Assembly: GCA_044892525.1 (NCBI GenBank)
Contig: CM097885.1
Location: 21,020,001 to 21,084,000, forward strand
From: Schmidtea polychroa
Taxonomy: Eukaryota
Length of the DNA: 64,000 nt
Reading direction: 5' to 3'
This document shows, piece by piece, positions 13,301 through 24,169 of the stretch (the stretch's first letter is position 1; the number at the start of each line of letters is the position of its first letter). The notes under the pieces are model-generated. The model did not search any database. It worked only from the letters and a program-made list of their open reading frames with translations, and was not told the origin of the DNA. A program made the translations under genes and the position numbers.

Positions 13301-13739
13301 TTTTTTGTATTGAAAATCCTAGGACCATCGAGACCCCCTCACTATAGTCGGAAAATTCCATGCTTTTTTAGTGGTAGTCGGATTTTTGTATTGAAAATCC
13401 CAGGACCATCGAGACCCCCTCACTATAGTCTGAAAATTCCATGCTTTTTTATTGGTAGTCGGATTTTTGTATAGAAAATCCCAGGACCATCGAGACCCCC
13501 TCACTATAGTCTGAAAATTCTATGCTTTTTTAGTGGTAGTCGGATTTTTGTATTGAAAAAAATTTTTTGTATTGAAAATCCCAGGACCATCGAGACCCCC
13601 TCACTATAGTGTGATAAAAAAAAATTTGGACCAAAAATCCCTGAAAGCAAAAAAATGAGTTGGGAACAATTGCGTAATAAAAAGTTGGGAACAACAGGGG
13701 GGGGGGGTAATTGTTCCCGCGGGCTACTATCTACCTACT
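8091..13739 (-). repeat. Right arm of the element A inverted repeat
   Basis: Reverse complement of 1599..6740. The spacer 6741-8090 is homologous to ~54260-55610 of element B. Confidence 0.9.
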
Positions 13740-14225
<486 letters not shown>

Positions 14226-14592
14226 TATTATTATTATTATTTTTATTATTTCTAAACTTAAATTATAACTTTCTCAAGAATATTTAAAAATTTTCTTCTA
14301 CATTTTCATCGTATTAAATTTTCATCATCATTTCATATAAATTTTCATAATTTCATATAATTTGTTCAGGATTTTCAAATAAAATTGTTCAGGATTTTTC
14401 AAATAAATTTTCATCATCTGTTCATATAAATTTTCTTCATATAAATTTTCTTCATATAAATTTAAATTGTCAATTACAAAAATTTACAGCATTTTTTTTT
14501 AAAAAATAATTTAAAGAAAGTTATAATTTAAGTTTATAAATAATTTATAAATAATTATGATTAATAAAAAATATTATTCATGAAAAAAAAAA

Positions 14593-15323
14593 CTAACATT
14601 TAGACTCTGAATCAGAGTCTGTTTCGTCCTCAGTGAGGATATTTCCAAAGACCTCCCTAATAGTGGCATCTCCAATAAAAGTTGAGGCATAATCTGCTTC
14701 CTCCCCAATAGCATTGGGGGCATCTCCAATAGGTGCATCTCCAATAAAAGTTGAGGCATAATCCGCTACCTCCTCAATAGCAGTGGGGGCATCAATTAGT
14801 ATTGTTTCATCAATAGGTGCAGCATAAATTGGAGCATCATCCTCAGAGAGGGCATACCGAATAGGGCCATCATTCAAAACATTTGAAGCTTCTAAATCAT
14901 TTTTAAAATTACATATAAAAATAATAAAAACTTACGAGTATTTTCTATCATCGCATGTTCGATGAAAAACTCATTGTCGATGTGATTAGGAATCATTTGA
15001 CTATGGCCTAAAAAAGGTTTTTAATACAATAATAATAATAATAATAATAATAAATTACTTGATAAATCATCATCATCCTCACTAATGACTATTGTATCGT
15101 CATTGTCGCTAATAATTATGGGATCTTCATTATCGCTAATAATGATAGGTTCTAAAGAAAATTAATTTAATAAAAATTAAAATAATAAATTTACCGAATA
15201 TATTATCCACATTTAAGATAGAATCGTTCTCCGTCACTTCATACCAATCGAAAACATCTAAAATAAAATAAAATAAAATATAATAAAATTACCAGTTGAC
15301 AAAATATTGTTTCGGTTAGCCAT
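14593..15323 (-). CDS. Five-exon acidic protein (~185 aa) with tandem SIM-like motifs; Polinton accessory gene
   Basis: Exons 15323-15293, 15257-15195, 15151-15059, 15007-14936, 14891-14593. GT-AG introns of 35, 43, 51 and 44 nt give one open frame: MANRNNILSTDVFDWYE...EPIIISDNEDPIIISDNDDTIVISEDDDD...SESKC*. Confidence 0.75.
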
Positions 15324-15379
15324 TTTGATTAATTTGAAAAAAATTGTGAAAGGTTTGAGATTTGTCAATGTTTATAACG

Positions 15380-15700
15380 AAAAAAATTTTTTTGAAAAAG
15401 TTTTTGCATTAGCAGTTATCTACTAAAAATACTTAATAATACTTAATAATACTTAGTTGAATTTTTAGGACTACTTTAGATGGTCGTCTAAAAAATTTTG
15501 AAAAAAATGTTTTTGAAAAAATTTTTGCATTAGCAGTTATCTACTAGCCAAAATACTTCGTCGAATTTCTTGGACTATTTCAGATGGTCGTCTAAAAAAT
15601 TTTGAAAAATTTTTTTTGAAATAATTTTTGCATTAGCAGTTATACACTAGTCGAAATACTTAGTTGAATTTTTAGGACTACTAAAGATGGTCATCTCAAT
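15380..15700. repeat. ~100-120-bp tandem repeat x3 upstream of the five-exon gene
   Basis: TTTTTGCATTAGCAGTTAT...GATGGTC recurs at ~15400, ~15522 and ~15625. Confidence 0.8.
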
Positions 15701-15936
15701 TTTTTAATTAAATAAGCCTATTTACAACAGCAATATACTGTAGTAAATAGGCTTAAAATTTATCTGTGTGATGAACTGGTAAACGGCGGTAGTTACTAAA
15801 CTAACCTCACCTTAAGTCAGTCTTTTTTACTCCCGCTGTTGACCATTTGACTACTAAGCAGTTACTGTTAACCAGTTATTATTCAGTTATATAGAAATTT
15901 ACCAATAGCACTGCTACCCAGGAATACAAATATAAG

Positions 15937-16230
15937 TTACCACAGGGGTAACTGGCTTGTGGTAGTTAAAAAACAGCCAATAGCCAGTTAACTGAATGCA
16001 AAAATGCATTGAAAACACTATTACCACTGGGTTAATTGGATTATGGTAGTTAAAAAACATCCAATAGCCAGTTAACCGAATGCATTGAAAACACTATTAC
16101 CACGGGGTTAATTGGCTTATGGTGGTTAAAAAACATCCAATAGCCAGTTAACCGAATGCATTGAAAACACTATTACCACGGGGTTAATTGGCTTATGGTG
16201 GTTAAAAAACATCCAATAGCCATCCAATAG
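15937..16230. repeat. ~76-bp tandem repeat x4
   Basis: TTACCAC..GG at 15937, 16021, 16097 and 16173. Confidence 0.85.
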
Positions 16231-16369
16231 CACTCGAGCTGTACATGCACGAGTCATTATTTTTCTTTATCTGACATGCACTGATCATGCACTGTCTTTG
16301 TTATTAATCATTTTCTTTATGCAATGATCACGTATTTAATAATAAAACTTTGTAAATAATAATATTATT

Positions 16370-16409
<40 letters not shown>

Positions 16410-16470
16410 TTAATAATAATAATAATAATATTAATAATAATACTAATAATAATAATAAAAATAATAATAA

Positions 16471-16594
<124 letters not shown>

Positions 16595-16625
16595 CCATGA
16601 CAACTTTTTGTGTTTCAATATACAT

Positions 16626-17849
16626 TTATACCAACACTGTTCTATTTGCAGTAATTTGAACTTCATTTTCAAATACTCCATATATTATAACATGTACCGG
16701 TTCAGTAATAGCTTTTGCAAACTTTATATCCAGTCGTAAATTTCCATTTTGTGGTAATTGACTTTGATTTAAATCAAAATCAGGGGCTAAAACAAATGTA
16801 AAAAATGGATATTTGCTTTTAAAATCTTCTAGAGTAATTCCACAATTCAAATTTTTATCTAAATAACCCAGATTTCTAACAATACTCTGCATATATGTCG
16901 CACAGTAATTGTCATTCTCGAAATCTTGAATATATGTTTCTCTATAATCAGTATTTTTCGACAAAGTCAATGAAGTAACATTAAAGTTTTTGAAAATTGA
17001 GCTGGAAGCAGTATAAGATCCATTATATTGTGCTTCACTTTGAAATGTTATCAGAATAAAATTAGGCATTCTTCTGTCACCAAATATTTGTTCTTTATAG
17101 AATGATGAAGCACCTTTAGCAATAGCGAATTGTACAATTTCCTTTGTCTTTAATGGATAAATTGCATGTTTTGAATTAAGACCCAATTGATGACCAGCTA
17201 ATACTGAGGGGTCCACTCGAACTCTTCTCACCAATAATTTTGCATCGACTAATTGACATATTGGTGCACCAGTTGCACTAGTAAGAGATAATGCAGAATC
17301 GGACCTTTTCAATCTAATGTGTACATTAACTCCCGGTAGTAAATATTTCGGTTGATCCATAAAATCAAGTTGTAACGATGAGCACATGGCGAAAACCTTT
17401 GAACCTTTAACCCACTTTTTTCTTTCATCATCTGTTGCTGCATAACCCATAGGTGTAAGACAGGTATTTTTAGTATCGGAATTGTAATTTAAAATAGTTT
17501 CTATCAAAGCCTTGTGAATGAATGTATTATTTCCACCCTCAATCTTGATATTATTAAATCCCAACACTGCATCTTTAAACAGAGTATGAAACATGAAATT
17601 GTTCGGTATTACATCTGCATTGGCATCCAAAACTTTTCTATCTTTATCTACAACCTTGATCTTAACAGTCAATAAAGTATCGTTCAAATCTAAATATTCA
17701 GTTTGCGAACCATTAATATAAAACTCTATATCATTTCTACTATCGGTAATTGAATTCATAGGAAAAACTTCCTCAAATGCCCCAAATTCTATTACAGCCT
17801 GGGGCGATGGTCTATCAAATATACATAATTCAGATTTACCACAAATCAT
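16626..17849 (-). CDS. Polinton major capsid protein (double jelly-roll, PY)
   Basis: 407 aa. N-terminal CGKSELCIFDRPSPQ...IEFYINGSQTEYLDLNDTLL and C-terminal GNLRLDIKFAK...IIYGVFENEVQI match Maverick MCPs. Confidence 0.9.
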   Translation of the reverse strand: MICGKSELCIFDRPSPQAVIEFGAFEEVFPMNSITDSRNDIEFYINGSQTEYLDLNDTLLTVKIKVVDKDRKVLDANADVIPNNFMFHTLFKDAVLGFNNIKIEGGNNTFIHKALIETILNYNSDTKNTCLTPMGYAATDDERKKWVKGSKVFAMCSSLQLDFMDQPKYLLPGVNVHIRLKRSDSALSLTSATGAPICQLVDAKLLVRRVRVDPSVLAGHQLGLNSKHAIYPLKTKEIVQFAIAKGASSFYKEQIFGDRRMPNFILITFQSEAQYNGSYTASSSIFKNFNVTSLTLSKNTDYRETYIQDFENDNYCATYMQSIVRNLGYLDKNLNCGITLEDFKSKYPFFTFVLAPDFDLNQSQLPQNGNLRLDIKFAKAITEPVHVIIYGVFENEVQITANRTVLV

Positions 17850-18214
17850 TTTGCAAATATAGTTCCATGTCCTTTCATTCGTTTGTTTATACGTGATATT
17901 CCATGTCTTTTACGTTTTGGAACAGGAGCTGGAGCTGGAGATTTTTCTTTTTGAAACATACCTGCAACCCCGGGTAAAACTTTACCTAATTCAGCTAAAG
18001 CATTTGTTTTTAGAGATGGTAATATTTTCTGTTCATTCATAATAACATCTTTTGCAGTTTTCATACCAAAACTACCAATACGTTTAAGAATAGGCAATGC
18101 AAATCTACCAATTGTTCTCAACCATCCCGATCCGTACTGTTTACCAATAAAATATGGTAATTCGCCACCAGATTGGCTACCGCTATACATACTAATAATA
18201 TCAGAATTTGCCAT
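17846..18214 (-). CDS. Polinton small virion protein (PM-like)
   Basis: QSGG and QYGSG motifs, amphipathic WLRTIGRFALPILK, basic C-terminus; lies between mCP and MCP. Confidence 0.7.
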   Translation of the reverse strand: MANSDIISMYSGSQSGGELPYFIGKQYGSGWLRTIGRFALPILKRIGSFGMKTAKDVIMNEQKILPSLKTNALAELGKVLPGVAGMFQKEKSPAPAPVPKRKRHGISRINKRMKGHGTIFAK

Positions 18215-19134
18215 CTACTTTACGAAAATGTAATGTCAAATGAGTTTTTGAACCTTTTGGAAAGTTTATAAGTTTTCCACTATCATCACGAATATTTATT
18301 TCTATATTGTTTATACATGAACTTGCTATTGGTAAATACATGGGATTATCGATATTTATATTGACAACTTCATCATGTTCATATTTTCCAATCCATACCG
18401 ATTTCAAAAGAGGAACACTGGAATCACCAACAATTATGGGTTCGATAATGTTAGTATATATGAACATTTGTTGATGATGTTCTAGTATTCTTGGTTTGCG
18501 TATACCAGTCGATTTTTCTCGATATTTTTGCCTATCTAATCCAAGTGAATTTGCCAAATTTTTATCAAATGTAACTTCGCAAATATCCTCATTCAAACTG
18601 AAGGTAAACATCAAATCTTTCACAATTTCCAAATTTTTAAATATGTGTGAACAATTGAACTTTAAATATTTAAGTAAATCATCAAGTTTATCAAAATATA
18701 ATTCATCAGCAAAGGTAAATGATTCTTCAACTTCATCATTATACGACACAGATATTTTGATTTCTTCTTTCATTACACTGTTTGCTTCAAATAGATTAAA
18801 ACGTAATAAATACTCGGTCTCCGTAACAATATTTTTCAACTTATTGCAACCCATTCGTTTGGCATCTTCAATAATTACTAATAATAAAGATACCGCTACA
18901 TGTTTTCACAATATTCCTTTTGAAATCAATCTTACATTGACTATAAAATGGGAATGTGTTGTACACGAATGTAAAATCTTGCAGTGCAACTTCCCAGTCA
19001 CCATTTAAAGAAATCGGATTCTGGAGATTGACCATAAATTTACTGGCTTGATTGTCTGGATGAATTAATGGGCAACTATTGCTCGGTAAAATAGTATAAA
19101 AAATCACTTTACTAGGTCTTTTGCTGATATCCAT
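18201..19134 (-). CDS. Polinton minor capsid protein (penton-like, PX), split over two frames by a probable intron or frameshift
   Basis: N-terminal FYTILPSNS...PISLNGDWEVAL; C-terminal MFIYTNIIEPIIVGDSSVPLLK...NIEINIRDDSGKLINF...LTLHFRK. Confidence 0.85.
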
Positions 19135-19733
19135 GACGGGTTTTGATAACCATGCCATTTGACATAGTATTGTTTATCCTTACCTACCTTTTTAGTTTTC
19201 AATATTTTTTGAATTCTAAATACTTTTGGAGGAGGAATGACTTGTAATTCCTGCTCATAAAATTTCCCTTGTACAATATTATTATCACTGTCTTTGATGA
19301 CATACATTACAGGATTCTGTTTAGTATTTATTTTTGAAATTACAAAGACTTCATCACTCCAATTTGTATCGAAATTTTTAATAAATGGTGATGCACTAAT
19401 TTTACTAATTCTAACATGGTCACCGACTTTATATTTAGGTTTTGCAATTTTTACAGATTTCTTAGAATAGAATGTTTTTGATGTAATATCAACCGGTCTC
19501 AATCCATCCAGTCCTCGATGTGATGAATGATTATAACTTGTTATTATTTTCGGTAAAGCATTTACCCATTTTTTATTACCTTGATGCACGAACAATTTCT
19601 TTAATCGATCTCTCAATGTTCGATTAAATCTTTCAACGTGGGCAGCTTTGTATTGAGAATGTACCGAGTAGTGATTTATTTTCAGTTTATCGAGGATTTG
19701 CTTAACTTTACTATTGTAGAATTCTTTACCTAA

Positions 19734-19798
<65 letters not shown>

Positions 19799-20186
19799 CT
19801 AAATCTGTTTGCAAGTTATTAGGATGTCCATCTTTAAATAAAATATTAATTGCCTTGGACATTTCTTCTGCAGATTTTGCCTTGACCGGTATTGCTCGTG
19901 CAAACCTGCTGTATACATTAATACATGTTAAAATATATTTATTCCCATTGTTAATTTTCGAATAGGGTATCATCTCCATCAAATCCATTTGCCATAAATC
20001 GTCAATACCAAATGTTTTATACGCTCTTGTTGGAAATCTTTTCCGCATTGGTTTGTTCAAACTGTACGCAAGCTGATCTGATAACCACTTCTGGGTTTCT
20101 TTTTTCGAATTCGGAACTCTTTTGTTTAATTTTGCCACTCCACCGAAACCGGCTTCGTCTTCTGGGTTCATCCAAATCTTCTCCAT
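19104..20186 (-). CDS. Polinton retroviral-like DDE integrase with C-terminal chromodomain; one 69-nt intron (19730-19798)
   Basis: Motifs WQMDL, QTDLG^KEF and HVERFNRTL; chromodomain YYVKWHGY..PSWI. The poly-Ile run in the ORF track is an (ATT)n tract bounded by GT...TAG. Confidence 0.92.
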
Positions 20187-20244
20187 TACAGCAAGAAGAT
20201 TTAAAATTAAATTTTATGTCAGGCAATGAAGGATTAGCACCCAT
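20017..20244 (-). CDS. Small ORF overlapping the integrase start; possible N-myristoylated protein
   Basis: Starts 3 nt after the upstream stop; MGANPS fits the MGxxxS consensus; contains SSCC. Confidence 0.4.
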   Translation of the reverse strand: MGANPSLPDIKFNFKSSCCNGEDLDEPRRRSRFRWSGKIKQKSSEFEKRNPEVVIRSACVQFEQTNAEKISNKSV

Positions 20245-20247
20245 TGT

Positions 20248-20769
20248 TTATGACTGTGTAACTCCACCTAATAATGATAATGCCAGAGGTATCAATGCAC
20301 CAATAAATCCACCTTGTTGTTTATATATAATTTTCCTCATTTGCTTACGATTTTTATTATTTACTAAAGATAACAATGGTTTCCTATGTTTGCTCAATAA
20401 ATGCTTTTTTGATTTACTGATTTTAATTTTGCCTTTGACTACTTTAAGTATAATATTGAGTAAATCATCGACAACAAAATTTGGGAATGATTGCAATATA
20501 TTCATTCTTTTCATACTCGGGGCCTTTAACAATGCATTAAAAAATGGAAAACTGCGATGATTTTTAACTACTTTTTTACTGGTTTTACGGGTTTTACGGG
20601 TTTTACGTTTAGGTTTAGGATTTTTAGAAATAAGATTCATTGCCGAGAAATTTTCAGTTACAAGTTTTTTAGACGGTGTAGTTGTTGGTGGAACTTTTGG
20701 AACTTTAATAGTCTTTCTAATACCTTTTCTTAATTTCTTAATATTTTTCACCCTTGCTTTTAGAAACAT
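20248..20769 (-). CDS. Basic Polinton protein (PW-like)
   Basis: Lys/Arg-rich, ends QQGGFIGALIPLALSLLGG; lies between ATPase and integrase. Confidence 0.7.
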   Translation of the reverse strand: MFLKARVKNIKKLRKGIRKTIKVPKVPPTTTPSKKLVTENFSAMNLISKNPKPKRKTRKTRKTSKKVVKNHRSFPFFNALLKAPSMKRMNILQSFPNFVVDDLLNIILKVVKGKIKISKSKKHLLSKHRKPLLSLVNNKNRKQMRKIIYKQQGGFIGALIPLALSLLGGVTQS

Positions 20770-20787
20770 TATTATTCATAGAGGTTT

Positions 20788-21414
20788 TCAACTTTGTTTA
20801 TAAACCATGGCACCTTTTGGGTTGAAAATATCTGTTTTTACTCGTAAATCATCGGGACATTGTTGTGTGAAATCAAGAAATATATATCCATGAGGTATTT
20901 TTGTAGCATCTTGAAATGCACTGATAAGAAAATTACGATTGTTAGGGTATGCTTGGCGTGCAAGAAAATAAATCACTGTTGCATCTCTAGGATTCTTGAA
21001 AATAACTAAATATTGTACATTTAAATTACGTGTTCGATGTGCCCCACCTTGATGAAATAGATTTTGTGTTATGAAAATAACTGTTACACCGACATGTCTG
21101 CTAATCTTTGTAAATAAATTATTAAAATCTTTTTCTTTATTAGCTTCTTGATACAAATCATCGATAATAATGACATCACCTTTCTTTAATCGGCTGGACC
21201 AGTTTTTATCGAATCCCTTTACTATTTTCATGTTTTTTAATTTACAGAAACTTGATTGAGTTAATCCATGTTCTTCTTCAGCACCCCTATGCCAATAAAT
21301 CCTGTTGAATTTTGATTTGAATAAATATGATTTTAGTAATTTACAAACAAATAATGTTTTTCCACTACCACTCGGACCAACGATTTGGTATACTGCATCA
21401 TTTCTTAATTCCAT
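20788..21414 (-). CDS. A32-like (FtsK/HerA) DNA-packaging ATPase
   Basis: Walker A GPSGSGKT, Walker B IIIDD, plus SRH..VTVIFITQN and FKNPRD. Confidence 0.93.
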   Translation of the reverse strand: MELRNDAVYQIVGPSGSGKTLFVCKLLKSYLFKSKFNRIYWHRGAEEEHGLTQSSFCKLKNMKIVKGFDKNWSSRLKKGDVIIIDDLYQEANKEKDFNNLFTKISRHVGVTVIFITQNLFHQGGAHRTRNLNVQYLVIFKNPRDATVIYFLARQAYPNNRNFLISAFQDATKIPHGYIFLDFTQQCPDDLRVKTDIFNPKGAMVYKQS

Positions 21415-21513
21415 TTCAAAAATTTTATAAATGTGTATTTGTTTATATTCGATGATTTAATGAACTCGTACTCAATTTGTATATAAAGACTAATTTTCAT
21501 AAATGATTTAATA

Positions 21514-21951
21514 ATGTTAGCAAATATAAATTATCGAGGAAATTTTGATGTAACAAATATGAGGTTCCCACCAGGAAAACCCCAGCAAATTATCGATAGA
21601 AGCGGGAAATACCCGATAATATTTTTCAAGACTGGTAAATGTAGAATCATGGGATGTAAGAAACCCTTGGATTTTAATAAATTACAATATCGAATAAATA
21701 ATATTAAAATCCAATCAATTACCGTTACTATGGATATGGGACATAGTATCAATTTATATAACATGTCGAAAAAATGTGATTGTATGTTTGAACCGGAATT
21801 TTTTCCCGCACTAAGACTAATAAAATATAACCCTTTATGTGTCAACGTGTTTGCTAGTGGAAAGGTTGTCATGCTGGGGTTGAGAAATTTGGAGTATAGA
21901 GAATTTGTTGACAATGTTCGAAATGAGATAATTTCATTGGTCAATTTCTAA
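21514..21951 (+). CDS. Divergent TATA-binding-protein-like protein
   Basis: Two TBP-repeat-like halves: IIFFKTGKCRIMGCK and FEPEFFPALRL...VNVFASGKVVMLG (compare TBP YEPELFPGL...LIFVSGKVVLTG). TATATAAAG about 25 nt upstream. Confidence 0.8.
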   Translation: MLANINYRGNFDVTNMRFPPGKPQQIIDRSGKYPIIFFKTGKCRIMGCKKPLDFNKLQYRINNIKIQSITVTMDMGHSINLYNMSKKCDCMFEPEFFPALRLIKYNPLCVNVFASGKVVMLGLRNLEYREFVDNVRNEIISLVNF

Positions 21952-22025
21952 TTGGTTAATTTCTAATTGGTTAATGATTGTTTTAAACAATATGTTTTCT
22001 GTTTAGAAATCATTTATTCAACAAA

Positions 22026-22461
22026 ATGTACAACATACAAAGTTCCGCAATCACCTCAATGAAAGAGCATGCAAATTATGGTAATTTCAAATGTTTATTA
22101 TTACATTAATATATATTTTACAGATGAATATCAATCAATTATCCTGCAAAGATTATGCTTCTATTATCCAGAATTAAATGAAATTCTACAAGATAGAGAT
22201 CCAGCTATCATTCCGGATTTGGTATACAACCAAACACGAATCTGGATATTCGATATAATAAACACCTTTCTATGGGATGTCAAGATAGGAAGGGTGATGA
22301 AAGAAATGAAACCAGAGGCTCCTTGCATTTTCGGATGTAGCTGCTGCAATTTCCGTTATCATCAATATGTTGAATGGTTTTTGGTGAAGACTCTGAGAAA
22401 TCACCACTCGTCATATTGTATCAAAATAAATTTTTATGTTGAATTGTTTTTGTTAATATAA
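22026..22461 (+). CDS. Two-exon hypothetical Polinton protein (~130 aa)
   Basis: Exon 22026-22080, 43-nt GT-AG intron, exon 22124-22461 in frame (MYNIQSS...HANYDEYQSIILQRL...); Cys cluster CIFGCSCC. Confidence 0.55.
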
Positions 22462-22707
22462 ATAATAGAAATAGAAATAATAGTAATAGAAATAGTAATA
22501 ATATAAGTAATAATAGTAATATTAGAAATAATAATAAAAAAAAACAATATTTATAATAAAAACATTAATGCAACATTAATGCAAATGACATACAATTTAA
22601 TCAAAGACATGCAATTTAAACAAAGACATGCAGCAATCTGATTGGTTGATAAACAATAGTCATAGGTATAAAAACCCTGTACCATTTCATTTTAATCATA
22701 ATTCACG

Positions 22708-23127
22708 ATGACAAAGAAAATTTCAAGCACTGAAAAGCCGAAAGTTGTTCCAGAACTTGTACAACCCGTTCAAATGTTCCACAACTATAAAATGTATTTT
22801 TTAAAAGAAGAAATCAATATGAAATTTGTGTCACCGATCAAGCTAATTCCTACCCAATTTCAATTTTTATCCGGCACGCTTTCAACGATAGATGTTAAAT
22901 CTATTGATGAGGTTTTCAAACGGTTGAATACGAATCTATCTTGTAATCAACATGCATTTTTCAACAACCGATATGCAAGATTTTATGATTCCTTTGATGA
23001 AATCAGCTTCAAAGAAAACGAAAATTGGTATATAACAATTGCAATCCAAGGATATAAAGTTGATAATAATGATGTGTATTCTCCAATTTGGAAAATTATG
23101 TCTGCTAGACTTTCACAACTATTTTAA
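22708..23127 (+). CDS. Hypothetical Polinton protein (139 aa)
   Basis: Clean ORF preceded by CTGATTGGTT and TATAAAAA, followed by AATAAA. Confidence 0.6.
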   Translation: MTKKISSTEKPKVVPELVQPVQMFHNYKMYFLKEEINMKFVSPIKLIPTQFQFLSGTLSTIDVKSIDEVFKRLNTNLSCNQHAFFNNRYARFYDSFDEISFKENENWYITIAIQGYKVDNNDVYSPIWKIMSARLSQLF

Positions 23128-23260
23128 TGTTATATTGAATAAATGTATTAGTCATATTTGTTTTTTCTCTTTATTAATTGCAACATTAATGCAAATGACA
23201 TGCAAATTTAACAAAGAAAATCTATAAACAAACTTATAATATAGTTTTAAAGTGTTAATA

Positions 23261-23475
23261 ATGTCTGCAGAAAAAGGTTAACATGATTAATTAATTTCCA
23301 AATTATTTATTATTTAGAATTTGTAATCAACTTTTTGTTGGCAAAATTAGCTGAAATATCTGGGGTAAAAATTGAGGATATATTATCTGTTACAAATGCA
23401 TTAAATATGGGCTGGGTAGTTGAGAGTCAAGATACAGGATTTGATGATGAGGAAGAAACTCAAGAAATTGATTGA
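23261..23475 (+). CDS. Two-exon small acidic protein (~57 aa)
   Basis: Exon 23261-23276, 41-nt GT-AG intron, exon 23318-23475: MSAEKEFVINFLLAKLAE...DTGFDDEEETQEID*. Confidence 0.45.
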
Positions 23476-23640
23476 CGAAATCTATGAACCTATAGAGGAA
23501 CCTAAAGATAATATTACGAATGATTGTATTGATCATGTCGTTGAAAATATAATGAAATGTGGAGATGATGATTGCGAATGTGTTAATAAATTTTAAAATT
23601 GAATTATTTTAATTTAAATATACTATTAAAAACAATAACA

Positions 23641-24169
23641 TTAATTTTTATTCATATATCTACAGAAAATATACATTATAACAACTCCAGTTGTAAGTTT
23701 TATATAGTTTTTCATTTTTCTTTTGATTTCATCAATTTCTTTAAAATTGCAGGCCAGTTTATTCAATACACCCCATCCGCCATTGGCTTCTATCCATGGG
23801 GTAAACTTGGACTTGATTATCTAGAAATGAATATTATTAAAATATATATGTAGATTATAAAAGAAATCTTACTTCTAAAGACCACTGATAATAATGTTCT
23901 GAGTCATGTTGACCTTTTGCAATGATTATCTTCATGTAGGTGAATCCTACAATTATCCTTGTCCATTTCATGTCTTCATCGAAAAGACACTGAAATATTC
24001 TATTGAAGTAATACTTCTTGGTTTCCAGGGATTCTATCTCCATCATTTGCTGATAATCGATATGTTCACCTTCAATGATTTGTTCAGTTCGATTGATCAG
24101 GAAATTGAGGCTGTCGACTATATTCGCGGTGACAATTCCGTTTAGAACATTTTCACTAAATTGAGACAT
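23641..24169 (-). CDS. Two-exon Bcl-2-family-like protein (~158 aa)
   Basis: Exon 24169-23873, 52-nt GTAAG...TAG intron, exon 23820-23641. BH1-like LFDEDMKWTRIIVGFTY, BH2 WIEANGGW, C-terminal hydrophobic tail LTTGVVIMYIFC. Confidence 0.8.

Larger units (their letters stand above)
1599..13739. mobile_element. Element A: 12.1-kb non-coding palindromic element with Polinton-type ends (putative non-autonomous Polinton satellite)
   Basis: Ends AGTAGGTAGATAGTAGCCCGCGGG...CCCGCGGGCTACTATCTACCTACT. 6-bp TSD TACTAT at 1593-1598 and 13740-13745. No credible ORF. Confidence 0.9.

Noticed and set aside
1599..13739. Element A as a long-read fold-back assembly artefact
   Set aside because: It has unique flanks with a TSD on both sides, the arms differ by a ~750-bp indel, repeat counts and substitutions, and a second independent family member exists. 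Read-level confirmation is still advisable.
18496..21944. Opposite-strand ORFs (18496-19008, 20012-20560, 21531-21944; also those antisense to Gypsy and Penelope)
   Set aside because: They are shadows of well-supported genes on the other strand.
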